Assembly: GCA_965248535.1 (NCBI GenBank)
Contig: CBDFJR010000005.1
Location: 224,001 to 288,000 of the forward strand
Length of the DNA stretch: 64,000 nt
Direction: 5' to 3'
Source: Phormidesmis sp.
Lineage (GTDB): Bacteria; Cyanobacteriota; Cyanobacteriia; Leptolyngbyales; Leptolyngbyaceae
Of the stretch, positions 7,477-16,656 are shown piece after piece; the stretch's first letter is position 1; each line of letters begins with the position of its first letter. The notes under the pieces are model-generated. The model made no database searches. It saw only the letters and a program-made list of their open reading frames with translations, and was not told the DNA's origin. A program made the translations under genes and the position numbers.

Positions 7477-10008
7477 ATGGATCAAGCAGAGCAGATCAGT
7501 TGGTTAAAGCAAAACACGGTCTTAGAGTCGCTTTCAGAGGAAACACTGGGCGCGATCGTGACGGCCATTCAAGCAGAATCGGTGCAGGAAAATCGGCGGT
7601 TAGTGCTAGAAGACACGATTCCTCCGGCAGTCTATATTCTGCACACAGGGCGGGTTGAGAGCTATCGCACCAGTCAGACGGGGGTTGCCCAAGCAACGAG
7701 TTTATTGCCCGGTGCGATCGTCTATCTCAAAGAGTTATTGATTAACGCGGCGGCTGAAGACACCACCATTACCCTCAGTGATTGTGTGCTGTGGACGATT
7801 CCGCGGGCAGAGTTTTTGACGTTGACTCAGCAATACCCAGAGATTTCCCAGACGTTTTCTCGCTCTCTGGCAACCGAGTTAGAACTGGTCTCATCTCAAC
7901 TCGCCTTTGAACGAGAGAGACAGACCGCGCTGCGCCCCTATGTGGTGCCCAAGGTCAGACGGGGCATTGTCGGCACCAGTCGCTATGCGATCAGAATTCG
8001 GCAAGAGATTAAAAAAGCGTCGGGCGATCGCCAATCCGTTTTGATTTTTGGCGAACCTGGGTTAGAAAAAGACAACACGGCCGCCCTGATTCATTTTGGG
8101 TCGGGCGATCGTAAAGAACCGATGATTCAGGTCAACTGCAACACGCTGCAACCGAGTGGAGCCGAGCTATTTGGGCGGGTTGGCGGCAAACCAGGGCTGC
8201 TAGATTGGATCGGACGTGGCACACTTTTGCTCAATAATCTAGAGTCAATTCCCCCTGAGCTAGAAGAGAAATTGGCTCAACTGCTGGCAACTGGAGAGTT
8301 TAGTCCCCTCGATCGCGACGACACAACCCCGGCTCTGCGACGGTGTGAAGCCCGGATCATGATGACTTCTGAGAAAGTTTTGCCACGATTAGAGCGCGGA
8401 AAGCTGGTCGGACACACGATCAAAATTCCGCCGTTGAGAGTTCGCAAGGCAGATATTCAGGTGCAGATTGAATATTATCTCAGCCTGCTGTGTCGCTCTA
8501 GAGGCATTCTCAAGCCCAAAATCACGCCCGAAGCACTGCGTCGTCTGCAAGGCTATGACTTTCCGGGCAACGCGATCGAGCTACAAAGTCTCATCGCCCG
8601 CGCCCTCACCCAATCCGATGGAGCCTCTGAGCTAACCGAGGAAGTTTTTTGGTCAGCGAGTCTCAAAAATCGGCGGTTTCGGCTCAATTTGCTTAATGCT
8701 TATCCCAAGTTGCGGCAGTTTCTTCGCAGCCCTTGGTATCCCGATCGCTTGAATTATGGCTTCACGTTAGGCTTTTTTGCGGTCGTGGTCGCGGTGCTGA
8801 TCTGGGGCCCGCAAACCCGCGATCGTAACGTGGCGCTCAATTTCTTCTGGGCGTGGTGGTGGATGCTGATGTTGGCGGCCTTTCCGTTTGTGGGGCGGCT
8901 GTGGTGTGCGGTTTGTCCGTTTATGATCTACGGCGAACTGGCCCAAAAAATCTCACTGTGGATTTATCCCCGTCAGCTTCAACCCTGGCCCCGTCAAGAA
9001 GCCCAAACTTGGGGCGGCTGGTTTCTATTTGGCCTGTTTGCCCTGATTTTGCTGTGGGAAGAACTGTGGAATCTCGAAAATGTGGCCTATCTGTCGGGCT
9101 GTCTGCTGCTGCTGATCACGGCCGGGGCGGTGATTTTTTCGCTGCTGTTTGAGCGCCGATTTTGGTGTCGCTATCTTTGCCCGATCGGGGGCATGAACGG
9201 TCTGTTTGCCAAGCTATCAATGGTCGAACTGCGCGCCCAGCAGGGCATCTGCTCGGCTAGCTGCACAACCTATCAATGCTATAAAGGCGGCCCTCAAAAG
9301 GGCGAAGGTCTAGAGACGGGCGGCTGTCCGGTTTATTCTCACCCGGCGCAACTGCAAGACAACAAAGATTGCGTTCTCTGCATGACCTGTCTCAAAGCCT
9401 GCCCCCACCGATCGGTTGAACTCAATTTTCGACCTCCTGGGATTGAGCTTTGGACGACTCACAAACCCAGTTACGCCGAAATCGCCCTGCTATTTTTGCT
9501 GTTTGGTGCCGTGTTTTTGCATCGATTGCCCGAAATTGAACAGCAGGTTGGCTTAAATCTTCAGTTAGATAATTTTGGCATTCATGCGGGGGTGTCGGTT
9601 GTGGCGCTGCTGATTCCTGCTGCGATCGCCCTGGTCGCCCATGCCTTGATTCGTCTCTTTAACGCCAAGCCGCGGCCTTTTTTAGAACTGGCCTATGGCT
9701 ATTTGCCGATCGTGTTGGGCAGCAGTCTGGCCCACTATCTGAGATTAGGCTTGACCGAAGCCGGACGGATCATTCCCGTAACGATCGCCACCTTTGGCGC
9801 AGAGACTCAAAATCTTTCTCTCCCGATCGCCGTCGCTGATCCTGCTGTGATCGCCTTTCTTCAAGGCGTGACCTTCATTTTCTCATTTTGGTTGAGTGTT
9901 TTTCTGACTCAAAAAATCGCCCGGCAGCCGATTTGGAATTTGTTGCCGCAGCATGTTGCAACAGGCGCGATCGGGTCTATGCTATGGGGGATCGTTGTCA
10001 GCCAATAA
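7477..10008 (+). CDS. cNMP-binding + sigma54-activator-like AAA+ + membrane 4Fe-4S (polyferredoxin) fusion protein
   Basis: N-terminal cNMP-like domain; VLIFGEPG, PPLRVRKADI and YDFPGN AAA+ motifs; transmembrane region with GRLWCAVCP, RFWCRYLCPIG and CVLCMTCLKACP. Confidence 0.85.
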   Translation: MDQAEQISWLKQNTVLESLSEETLGAIVTAIQAESVQENRRLVLEDTIPPAVYILHTGRVESYRTSQTGVAQATSLLPGAIVYLKELLINAAAEDTTITLSDCVLWTIPRAEFLTLTQQYPEISQTFSRSLATELELVSSQLAFERERQTALRPYVVPKVRRGIVGTSRYAIRIRQEIKKASGDRQSVLIFGEPGLEKDNTAALIHFGSGDRKEPMIQVNCNTLQPSGAELFGRVGGKPGLLDWIGRGTLLLNNLESIPPELEEKLAQLLATGEFSPLDRDDTTPALRRCEARIMMTSEKVLPRLERGKLVGHTIKIPPLRVRKADIQVQIEYYLSLLCRSRGILKPKITPEALRRLQGYDFPGNAIELQSLIARALTQSDGASELTEEVFWSASLKNRRFRLNLLNAYPKLRQFLRSPWYPDRLNYGFTLGFFAVVVAVLIWGPQTRDRNVALNFFWAWWWMLMLAAFPFVGRLWCAVCPFMIYGELAQKISLWIYPRQLQPWPRQEAQTWGGWFLFGLFALILLWEELWNLENVAYLSGCLLLLITAGAVIFSLLFERRFWCRYLCPIGGMNGLFAKLSMVELRAQQGICSASCTTYQCYKGGPQKGEGLETGGCPVYSHPAQLQDNKDCVLCMTCLKACPHRSVELNFRPPGIELWTTHKPSYAEIALLFLLFGAVFLHRLPEIEQQVGLNLQLDNFGIHAGVSVVALLIPAAIALVAHALIRLFNAKPRPFLELAYGYLPIVLGSSLAHYLRLGLTEAGRIIPVTIATFGAETQNLSLPIAVADPAVIAFLQGVTFIFSFWLSVFLTQKIARQPIWNLLPQHVATGAIGSMLWGIVVSQ

Positions 10009-10132
10009 CACCACAGTTACGGTGGGATGATTAAGTTTCTGAGGATGAGCGATCGGCGATTATTAGCCAAGTGAGAAATTATTCAGTTAAGATCTGAACT
10101 CATTAGACTAAACGAGTTTCCTAGAAAGCGTC

Positions 10133-10810
10133 ATGGGAAGAACAAGCATCAAAGGTAATCATCGAAGACCGCTCTTTGCAAAGAGTTCTGTTCGCCATTC
10201 TCCCGAAAAGATGTCGGAAACGCCTGGTGAGATCAGGGCAGCCTGGCATCTAATCAATCAATTAGTTGCCTTTGTTCAGCGCTATCCCGTTCTTCTGTGG
10301 AGCGGAGTTTGGGTCTTGTTGGTAGCCATCATCTGGTTTAGCGCGACCGGGCTAACCCACGTTGACACCTTCGAGGTCGAACAGTCTCAGCCCGAAATCG
10401 GCGCAGACGCATCTCAGACTGCCCTGCTCAAACCGCGACTTCAGGCAAAACCTGCTTCTTCGCTGGGGCTGCTGATGGCGATCGCCGTCAGTTGTGGCGT
10501 GACTTCTCTGCTCTTGTCTAAGCAATTTACGCCTGCTAAAGCCCAGCGGGGGCTGGTAATCAAACGCCAAACCGCCTTCCCCGATCAGCCGCTTGAGACC
10601 GTCGCCCATCCCCCGTCTCCATCCGCCGAGTCTAAGCTGTCTAGACAGTCTGCGGGCGATGCCGTGCCGCGCCGATCGCCACCCGTTGAGACCCAGCCCA
10701 CCGTGACCGTGCTGCCACCCGAAGAAAACCATCCGCTAGATTGGGGCGATGCTAGCCTGGCAGACTTGATGGATATTCGCAAGCAAACGTCGCTGTCTAA
10801 CTATCTTTAG
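10133..10810 (+). CDS. Hypothetical membrane protein
   Basis: Two hydrophobic segments, Pro-rich linker and C-terminal VTVLPPEENHPLD...SLADLMDIRKQ. Confidence 0.7.
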   Translation: MGRTSIKGNHRRPLFAKSSVRHSPEKMSETPGEIRAAWHLINQLVAFVQRYPVLLWSGVWVLLVAIIWFSATGLTHVDTFEVEQSQPEIGADASQTALLKPRLQAKPASSLGLLMAIAVSCGVTSLLLSKQFTPAKAQRGLVIKRQTAFPDQPLETVAHPPSPSAESKLSRQSAGDAVPRRSPPVETQPTVTVLPPEENHPLDWGDASLADLMDIRKQTSLSNYL

Positions 10811-10832
10811 GATTGTGGATTAAATAACCTGT

Positions 10833-10910
10833 AAAAGTCCCCCAAAGTGGGGGATTTAGGGGGCTGAAGCCGATCGAAACGCAGCCCCAAAGACTTCGTA
10901 CACCATAGCT
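10833..10910. repeat. Degenerate cyanobacterial short dispersed repeat / MITE-like fragment
   Basis: Hairpin AAGTCCCCCAAAGTGGGGGATTTAGGGGGC followed by GACTTCGTACACCATAGC, between convergent genes. Resembles common cyanobacterial dispersed repeats, from recall. Confidence 0.5.
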
Positions 10911-10973
10911 ATTTAGAGAGCGGGCGAGAAGGTGCACCTTAATCGCTCCACATTCCTTATCAAGATTCTCTAA

Positions 10974-13664
10974 TCAAGGTTTCACCGCCAAGAGTGCCTT
11001 CCAGTCAGCGATCGCTGCTTCGCTCCAGAGCCAGTTTTTAGCGAGAGCATCGGGCTGAAACTGTAGAGGAGCCTGTCTGATCACTTGATCCCGCAGCTTC
11101 ACGGCTTCACCTTTAAGCCGACTCTGCTGATCAGCAGGCTGACCTGCGGTAGATTTCATGGTGACCAGCGCCAAGCCTGCGTAGGCAAAGAGCGTCTCTT
11201 GAGCAGGCGTTTTCAGGGTCTCGGTGCCAGATTTTTGTGGCTCAGTGCGCTTAATAGCCTGAATCCAGGCATCACTGGCGCGCTTGAGATTGCCTTCTCG
11301 ATAGTAAGCAAACCCTAAAGCCGTGTAATAGCGGGGGTCTGGGGTGCCTTTAAGGGCAGTTTCCCAATAGCGACGAGCATCTTCGCCGCTGTAGCTGCCG
11401 CTGTTGGTCTTCATAAACTGCCAGGCCAATCGCCCCCGCAGAAAACTGATGGCTGCCCCATCTTTCTCGGCTGGAAGGGTTTGCAAGGCAGACCCCGCTG
11501 CTGGCAAAGCGCCCCGATCGAGCAATGCCTCGACCGCTTCTTGCCCGGCTTTTAGGTTGCCTTGGCTAAAGCTGGTCATGGCAATCCCAGTCAGGTTATT
11601 GGTCTCAGCCTTAGCAACATTGGCAGGCGTTTGGCTAGAGGGCTGATCGAGACTAGGAATCTGCCGTAGAAGCTCATCTGGGCTGGGGTTAGATGCCCCC
11701 CCATATTTAGAAATGCCCCAAAGGCCCAGCACCACCGCCGATGCCAGCCCAACACTGGCGATCGCGGGTCGCCAAGGCAGACGCAACCTTGATTTTTGGG
11801 GCATCTGCCCAAACACCCGATCGCTGGGGGCTGGGGTGGTCTCAGAGGTCCCCGGTTGAGTCGGCTGGGTGACGGTGACAGCAGTCGGTTGCACGATCGC
11901 TGACTGACTCAGTAAAGGTTTAGGATCTAGCGCCAAAGAGACCTCTGCATCAGGGAGATTGTGCGCCTCACAGAGCCGCTGTAGGTTTTGCTGAACGTGC
12001 TCATAGCGCGGGTCTAGCTGCAATGCCAACTGATAGGCAGCGATCGCTTGGGGAATTTGATCGCCGTAGGCTTCGAGGGCGATGCCCAATTTGCTATAAG
12101 CTTCAGCCGATGGCTGATGCTGAATCGCGTCTCCATACACTCCGATCGCGCCGACCACATTTCCCTGAGCAAACAGCACATCGCCCAGGGTGATATAGTC
12201 CTTAGCCTCGTTGAGTTCTAGCTTGATCAAGTCAGACTCGTGCTCGGTTTGCTGGTCAAACAGAGGCTCGTCTTCAGCCCGCTCTCTAAACGGATTGGCA
12301 TCCTCCCCGGCTAACTGTCTAAACAAGTCAAGAACGGCATCGCGATCGGCTTCGTCTGGCTCTTCATAGTCAGCGATCTCTTCGGCATCTACCGCTAGAG
12401 GAGGGGCTGTTAAGGGCAGATCGGCAAGGCGAGGCGCGATCGGGCGCTCATCAAACCGAGTCTGAGGAGTTTCACTCTCTAACGGCGGCTGCAAATAGCC
12501 ATCAAAGTCGGGATGCAGATACAAAATCGGCAGCGCCCAATATAACTGGTGAGAGCCGTAGGAAGACAGCAGCCCTTGTCGGGCCCGACTCAGACTGAGG
12601 TCGATCGATGATCGCTGCCGCAAGTTGCGATAAAACAGACGGCTCAAGGTCAGCGCCACATCGTCTGGAATGCGCTCTGCCATTGCCAACACAGCCGGAA
12701 CGCCGCGCCTCAGCAGAGCATCTGCCAAGTTTCCGGTTTCGGCTTCGCTCGCCGGGTCAGAGGTGGCTGTATAAACGCCCCGACACGAGTTAAACACCGC
12801 CATGCGAATGCCGTTGTTCACCAGCAGCCCCGCTAAGTCATCGCCGCTCAAAACCTCTGTCAGCCCCGTTTTATCGCTGACCAGATATAAATCGCCGCCC
12901 GACCCCCCCAGATTGCTGTGCCCGGCATAGTGCAAAACCTGATAGCAGCCTTGTTCTAACGCCTGGGTGAGTTGCTCTCGGCCGGGCTGATCCAAAATAG
13001 TGAGTTCGATCGCGGGCAAAGGGGCCGTGCCCGATCGCGTCGCCTGCTCTCGCTGAAGTTCTTCATTTAAGTGATTGGCTTCTTGGCGCAGCGCCAAAAC
13101 TTCTTGATCGGTGGGGGCCGCCAGCACCATGAGAATTTTGAGGGGCTGATTTTTCTCTAAAGCTGGCAGCGGCTGAGACGGCAACACGGTGGCCATCGGC
13201 GCAAAGGCAGACTGATAGCGCGAGAAAATCACGTCAGTGCCCGTGGCGAGGGGGCGGCCTCCCGCATTGAGCACTTCCCACGGCAGGCGAGGCAAGCGAT
13301 CGCCCCGCAGACCTAGCCGCAGCCGCAGATCTTCACGACGATTTTGGGCTACCCCCTGAGCGGTCATCCAGCTATCGCGAATGGTGCCTTGAAATAGAGC
13401 GTCGTAGAGAGTTTGCCCCAAAGACACCAAGCTATGAGACAGAGAATCTGCCGCGTTGCCCTTGGGCGATCGCCCCGGAAGATGCCCCCGCAGCAGACCC
13501 AAGAGCGGGTCATGCATCAGTTGACTGGCCTGTGCTAGCCAGTCATCAACGCTCCAGGTGACTAGTTCTTCGGCTAAGGGCACCCCTGGTGACACCCGTT
13601 CAGTGCGAATCCAATACTCGTCTTCTCTGACCGGAGTCACAGAAATATAGAATTCCTGAGTCAC
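10974..13664 (-). CDS. hetF: HetF-like CHAT (caspase-like) protease with TPRs and a transmembrane segment
   Basis: N-terminus MTQEFYISVTPV...VSPGVPLAEE typical of HetF; catalytic dyad contexts LHYAGH and VFNSC; TPRs and a TM helix in the C-terminal half. Confidence 0.85.
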   Translation of the reverse strand: MTQEFYISVTPVREDEYWIRTERVSPGVPLAEELVTWSVDDWLAQASQLMHDPLLGLLRGHLPGRSPKGNAADSLSHSLVSLGQTLYDALFQGTIRDSWMTAQGVAQNRREDLRLRLGLRGDRLPRLPWEVLNAGGRPLATGTDVIFSRYQSAFAPMATVLPSQPLPALEKNQPLKILMVLAAPTDQEVLALRQEANHLNEELQREQATRSGTAPLPAIELTILDQPGREQLTQALEQGCYQVLHYAGHSNLGGSGGDLYLVSDKTGLTEVLSGDDLAGLLVNNGIRMAVFNSCRGVYTATSDPASEAETGNLADALLRRGVPAVLAMAERIPDDVALTLSRLFYRNLRQRSSIDLSLSRARQGLLSSYGSHQLYWALPILYLHPDFDGYLQPPLESETPQTRFDERPIAPRLADLPLTAPPLAVDAEEIADYEEPDEADRDAVLDLFRQLAGEDANPFRERAEDEPLFDQQTEHESDLIKLELNEAKDYITLGDVLFAQGNVVGAIGVYGDAIQHQPSAEAYSKLGIALEAYGDQIPQAIAAYQLALQLDPRYEHVQQNLQRLCEAHNLPDAEVSLALDPKPLLSQSAIVQPTAVTVTQPTQPGTSETTPAPSDRVFGQMPQKSRLRLPWRPAIASVGLASAVVLGLWGISKYGGASNPSPDELLRQIPSLDQPSSQTPANVAKAETNNLTGIAMTSFSQGNLKAGQEAVEALLDRGALPAAGSALQTLPAEKDGAAISFLRGRLAWQFMKTNSGSYSGEDARRYWETALKGTPDPRYYTALGFAYYREGNLKRASDAWIQAIKRTEPQKSGTETLKTPAQETLFAYAGLALVTMKSTAGQPADQQSRLKGEAVKLRDQVIRQAPLQFQPDALAKNWLWSEAAIADWKALLAVKP

Positions 13665-13986
13665 AACTACTCTCCAAGAAGACCTATTCTACAGCTATCA
13701 CTAAATCTACAGCTATGGCTGATTTTGACGATCGACTTCCCATATTCCTCATAACCACTGATTAAAGCGGCAAATCAGGCAAAATCTTTGAAATTCAGGA
13801 CGCTTTGAAGGATCGTTGAGAAACGTCCTGTCTTCAGGATTACAAACTTCTGACCTTTATGGCCCAGGATTTGAAAAAGATGTAAATTCGATGAAGCGTT
13901 TTGCGGCGGCTTCTGGTCAAAAGGCAGACGATGCACCGAGATGCCTTGAGAAACAGGTCAGTCGATCGCTGAGAACGCTGAAGGAT

Positions 13987-14823
13987 TTAGGCTCCCTCGA
14001 CTCTAGCGCGATAGTCGGCGCTGTTTTGCCCATCACTGCCAGAGGTCGGGTTCTGTTGAGCCAGTTGGCGGAGTCGCACGACCCGATCGCTAGCCGCCGG
14101 GTGATTGCTTAAAAAGGTCGGCGCTGATTTGCTGGTCACCAGTTTTTGCATAAAAACCGCCATTTGCGATTGAGCATAGCCCGCCCGTCCCAGGGTTGCT
14201 AGCCCTCGCTGGTCGGCTTCATATTCGTCTTTGCGGCTGTTGGGGAGATCGAGCGCGAGTTGAACGCCGAGATTGACGGCCGTGCTGCGATCGAGTCCTG
14301 CGGCTCCTAACAAACCTTGGGCAATTGACTTTTCTCGCATCTGCTTGATGGCGTGACGGGCCGCGATGTGACCAATTTCGTGACCCATCACACTGGCCAG
14401 TTGCGCCTCGTTATCGGCCGCCTTGATTAGGCCCCGGTGGACATAGACAAACCCGCCCATCGTTGCAAAGGCGTTGATGCTATTGTCATCGACGACCTGA
14501 AATGTGTAGCGTAGGTTTGGGCGATCGCTCTTAGCCGCGAGTCGCTGCCCCACCTGATTTACGTAGTCTGTAATTCTGGAATTGCGAATCAGTTTGACTT
14601 GACTGCCCGTAATTTCTTCGTTAATTTGCTGACCGAGGGCGACTTCTTGGCGATCGTTAAGACTCGACAACTGCACGACTTGAATGCCCTTTAACAGCAA
14701 GTCTGCCCAAGAAAATGCCTGAGAAGCAAGGGGTTGACCGACCCAGATGCTCAGGGCCACGACTAGAGAAACGAGGGGATAAAACCAGCGACGACCCGAT
14801 CGTTGAAACCGTTGATTAACCAT
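13987..14823 (-). CDS. Exported M48 metalloprotease (BepA/YfgC-like)
   Basis: Signal peptide; INAFATMGG, GHEIGH (HEXXH), EYEAD and FLSNHP. Confidence 0.9.
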   Translation of the reverse strand: MVNQRFQRSGRRWFYPLVSLVVALSIWVGQPLASQAFSWADLLLKGIQVVQLSSLNDRQEVALGQQINEEITGSQVKLIRNSRITDYVNQVGQRLAAKSDRPNLRYTFQVVDDNSINAFATMGGFVYVHRGLIKAADNEAQLASVMGHEIGHIAARHAIKQMREKSIAQGLLGAAGLDRSTAVNLGVQLALDLPNSRKDEYEADQRGLATLGRAGYAQSQMAVFMQKLVTSKSAPTFLSNHPAASDRVVRLRQLAQQNPTSGSDGQNSADYRARVEGA

Positions 14824-15169
14824 ATAAAGTGCCCGTTCAAATAAAGAAGGAATCTAAGGTGCTCAGACCAGCCCCAGAACAAACTAGTTAGACACCAGAC
14901 GCGCAGGATTTAAAATTGGTTGCAGTTGGCTGCAAAGTTCTCTAAATTCACCAATCTGATTGTAGAGAAGAACCTGCCCTGTGTTGACGGTGGCTGTGGT
15001 CAATCCCGATCGTCCCGGATGTTAAACGTCAGCAGAGCCTCTCAAAAACTCTAGAATTTAGATTTTTGACCGTCACTAGCGTGCTATAAACTCACTACCG
15101 TATGGACGAAACGCCGCGCAGTTTTGCAGTCCGCTTTCTTCTTTGATCACGCAACTGGAATCGGTATTT

Positions 15170-15688
15170 ATGGCTCTTCTAGATTCTCAAGGTCGATTAT
15201 TTGGCAAAGTTAGCCTGTTGGATGTCGGGGCAGGACTCGTCATCTTGATGGTGATTTTTGGTGTGTTCTTCTTTCCAGGAACCTCTGGCTCGATCGCTCA
15301 GATGTCTCCGGCTAAACCGATCGAGGTAGATGTGGTGGTGAGGGGTCTCAGCGCCACCGACCCTAAAAGCTTGATTAAAGCGGGTGACAAAACTAGCATT
15401 ATTGTCCGCAAACAGCCATCGGGAGAAGCGACCCTCAAGGCTGTCAAGTTTTTGCCTCGCAATACGCTAGTGCCTCAGCCTGATGGCTCTGTCAAAGCGC
15501 TGCCAGACCCCAGACCTGAAGTGGCCTTTGCAAACGATATGGTGTTGACGCTGGTGAGCAAGGCGCAGATGACCAAAGACGGCCCTGTGTTGGGGGGTGA
15601 AAAAGTCAAGGTGGGCACCACGATCGAGCTAGATGGCCCCGCCTACAACTTTTCGACGAGCGTAATTTCTGTCCGGGTTGAGAAGTAG
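15170..15688 (+). CDS. DUF4330-like membrane-anchored protein
   Basis: MALLDSQGRLFGKVSLLD N-terminus, one TM helix, VPQPDGSVKALPDPR. Confidence 0.8.
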   Translation: MALLDSQGRLFGKVSLLDVGAGLVILMVIFGVFFFPGTSGSIAQMSPAKPIEVDVVVRGLSATDPKSLIKAGDKTSIIVRKQPSGEATLKAVKFLPRNTLVPQPDGSVKALPDPRPEVAFANDMVLTLVSKAQMTKDGPVLGGEKVKVGTTIELDGPAYNFSTSVISVRVEK

Positions 15689-15705
15689 GCCCAAAAAATA
15701 AGATC

Positions 15706-15738
15706 AAAAAATAGGGGCAGATCAAGGATCTGCCCCTA
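15706..15738 (-). terminator. Intrinsic terminator between convergent genes
   Basis: Perfect 12-bp stem TAGGGGCAGATC-AAG-GATCTGCCCCTA with an adjacent A6 tract (U tract on the minus strand). Confidence 0.8.
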
Positions 15739-15779
15739 GGGTCATAGAGTTGAATGCTGCTTGAGGTTGAGAAACCCAA

Positions 15780-16175
15780 TTAACGCATAGCGTTTTTTGC
15801 TGACTTGACGGCCTTGCCCGCTTTGCTTTCAGCTTTTTCAAGGGATTTCTTAAGCGTTTCTTCGATCGAGCCTGCACCTTGAGAGTTAGACGGACTCTTC
15901 ATGTTTTCAATGCCAGCCGTGCCTTGAATTTCGTTGATTGCGCCACCTTGCGCCCGCTCGGTCACTGCTTCGAGACCCTGAGGTCCGCCCTGATCGATCG
16001 CGTCTTTAGCGGTGCGCTCATATTTCTTGGCGGTGTCGCTAGCTTCATTCTTCATGGGCTGATTTTTGGTGGGCGACGCAGAGGCCATTGGGGTCGGCAT
16101 GGCGAGAGAGATCATGAGCACTGCACAGAGACAAGCCGTGAGCACAGAGCGAACAGTGGATAACAGAGACTTCAT
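15780..16175 (-). CDS. Exported hydrophilic protein (low-temperature/stress-induced-like)
   Basis: Signal peptide, charged helical body, GAINEIQGTAGIENMKSP motif; GGAGG RBS before ATG 16175. Confidence 0.65.
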   Translation of the reverse strand: MKSLLSTVRSVLTACLCAVLMISLAMPTPMASASPTKNQPMKNEASDTAKKYERTAKDAIDQGGPQGLEAVTERAQGGAINEIQGTAGIENMKSPSNSQGAGSIEETLKKSLEKAESKAGKAVKSAKNAMR

Positions 16176-16342
16176 ACAAACTTCCTCCAAATAGAAGCTA
16201 AATTTTTGAGATGGACAATAGATTCAAATTTAGTCTGCGTCTATCTACTCACAATCTCCACCGCGATCGCGTCTGTATCTGGAGTGACGTTTCGCTAGGT
16301 TTAAACGATTAATTTGTCTATCGGAGGATAGATGTAGGATTT

Positions 16343-16651
16343 TTAGCGTCCTTTAGTCATGAATTCCACCCTTGGTAAAAGCGGGTCTTCGACCACCCCA
16401 AAGCCTTTAAAGCCCCAGCGATCGAGCACCTTGGTTAACTGCGTTCCTGGAACTGTCTCGACCGAGAAGCGATCGCTGACCCCGGCTGCATGTTTGTTGA
16501 GATAGCTCAATGCGTCAAAGTTTTCACGAAACAAGAGCACATAGCCCGTTTGCGGCGACCGAGTTGGGTCACGATCGTCACGATCGGGGTATGCAGCCAG
16601 ATAGCTGCCATCGGCTCTAGATCGAATCAGATAATAGGTTTCAGATAACAT
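16343..16651 (-). CDS. Conserved hypothetical protein
   Basis: 102 aa clean ORF, tightly coupled downstream of the permease gene. Confidence 0.75.
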   Translation of the reverse strand: MLSETYYLIRSRADGSYLAAYPDRDDRDPTRSPQTGYVLLFRENFDALSYLNKHAAGVSDRFSVETVPGTQLTKVLDRWGFKGFGVVEDPLLPRVEFMTKGR

Positions 16652-16656
16652 CAGGG

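Noticed and set aside
7477..10008. Functional sigma54-dependent transcriptional activator
   Set aside because: No GAFTGA loop, degenerate Walker motifs and no DNA-binding HTH.
13816..14112. 98-aa ORF between hetF and the M48 gene
   Set aside because: TTG start, overlaps the 3' end of the M48 gene on the opposite strand and has no recognisable features.
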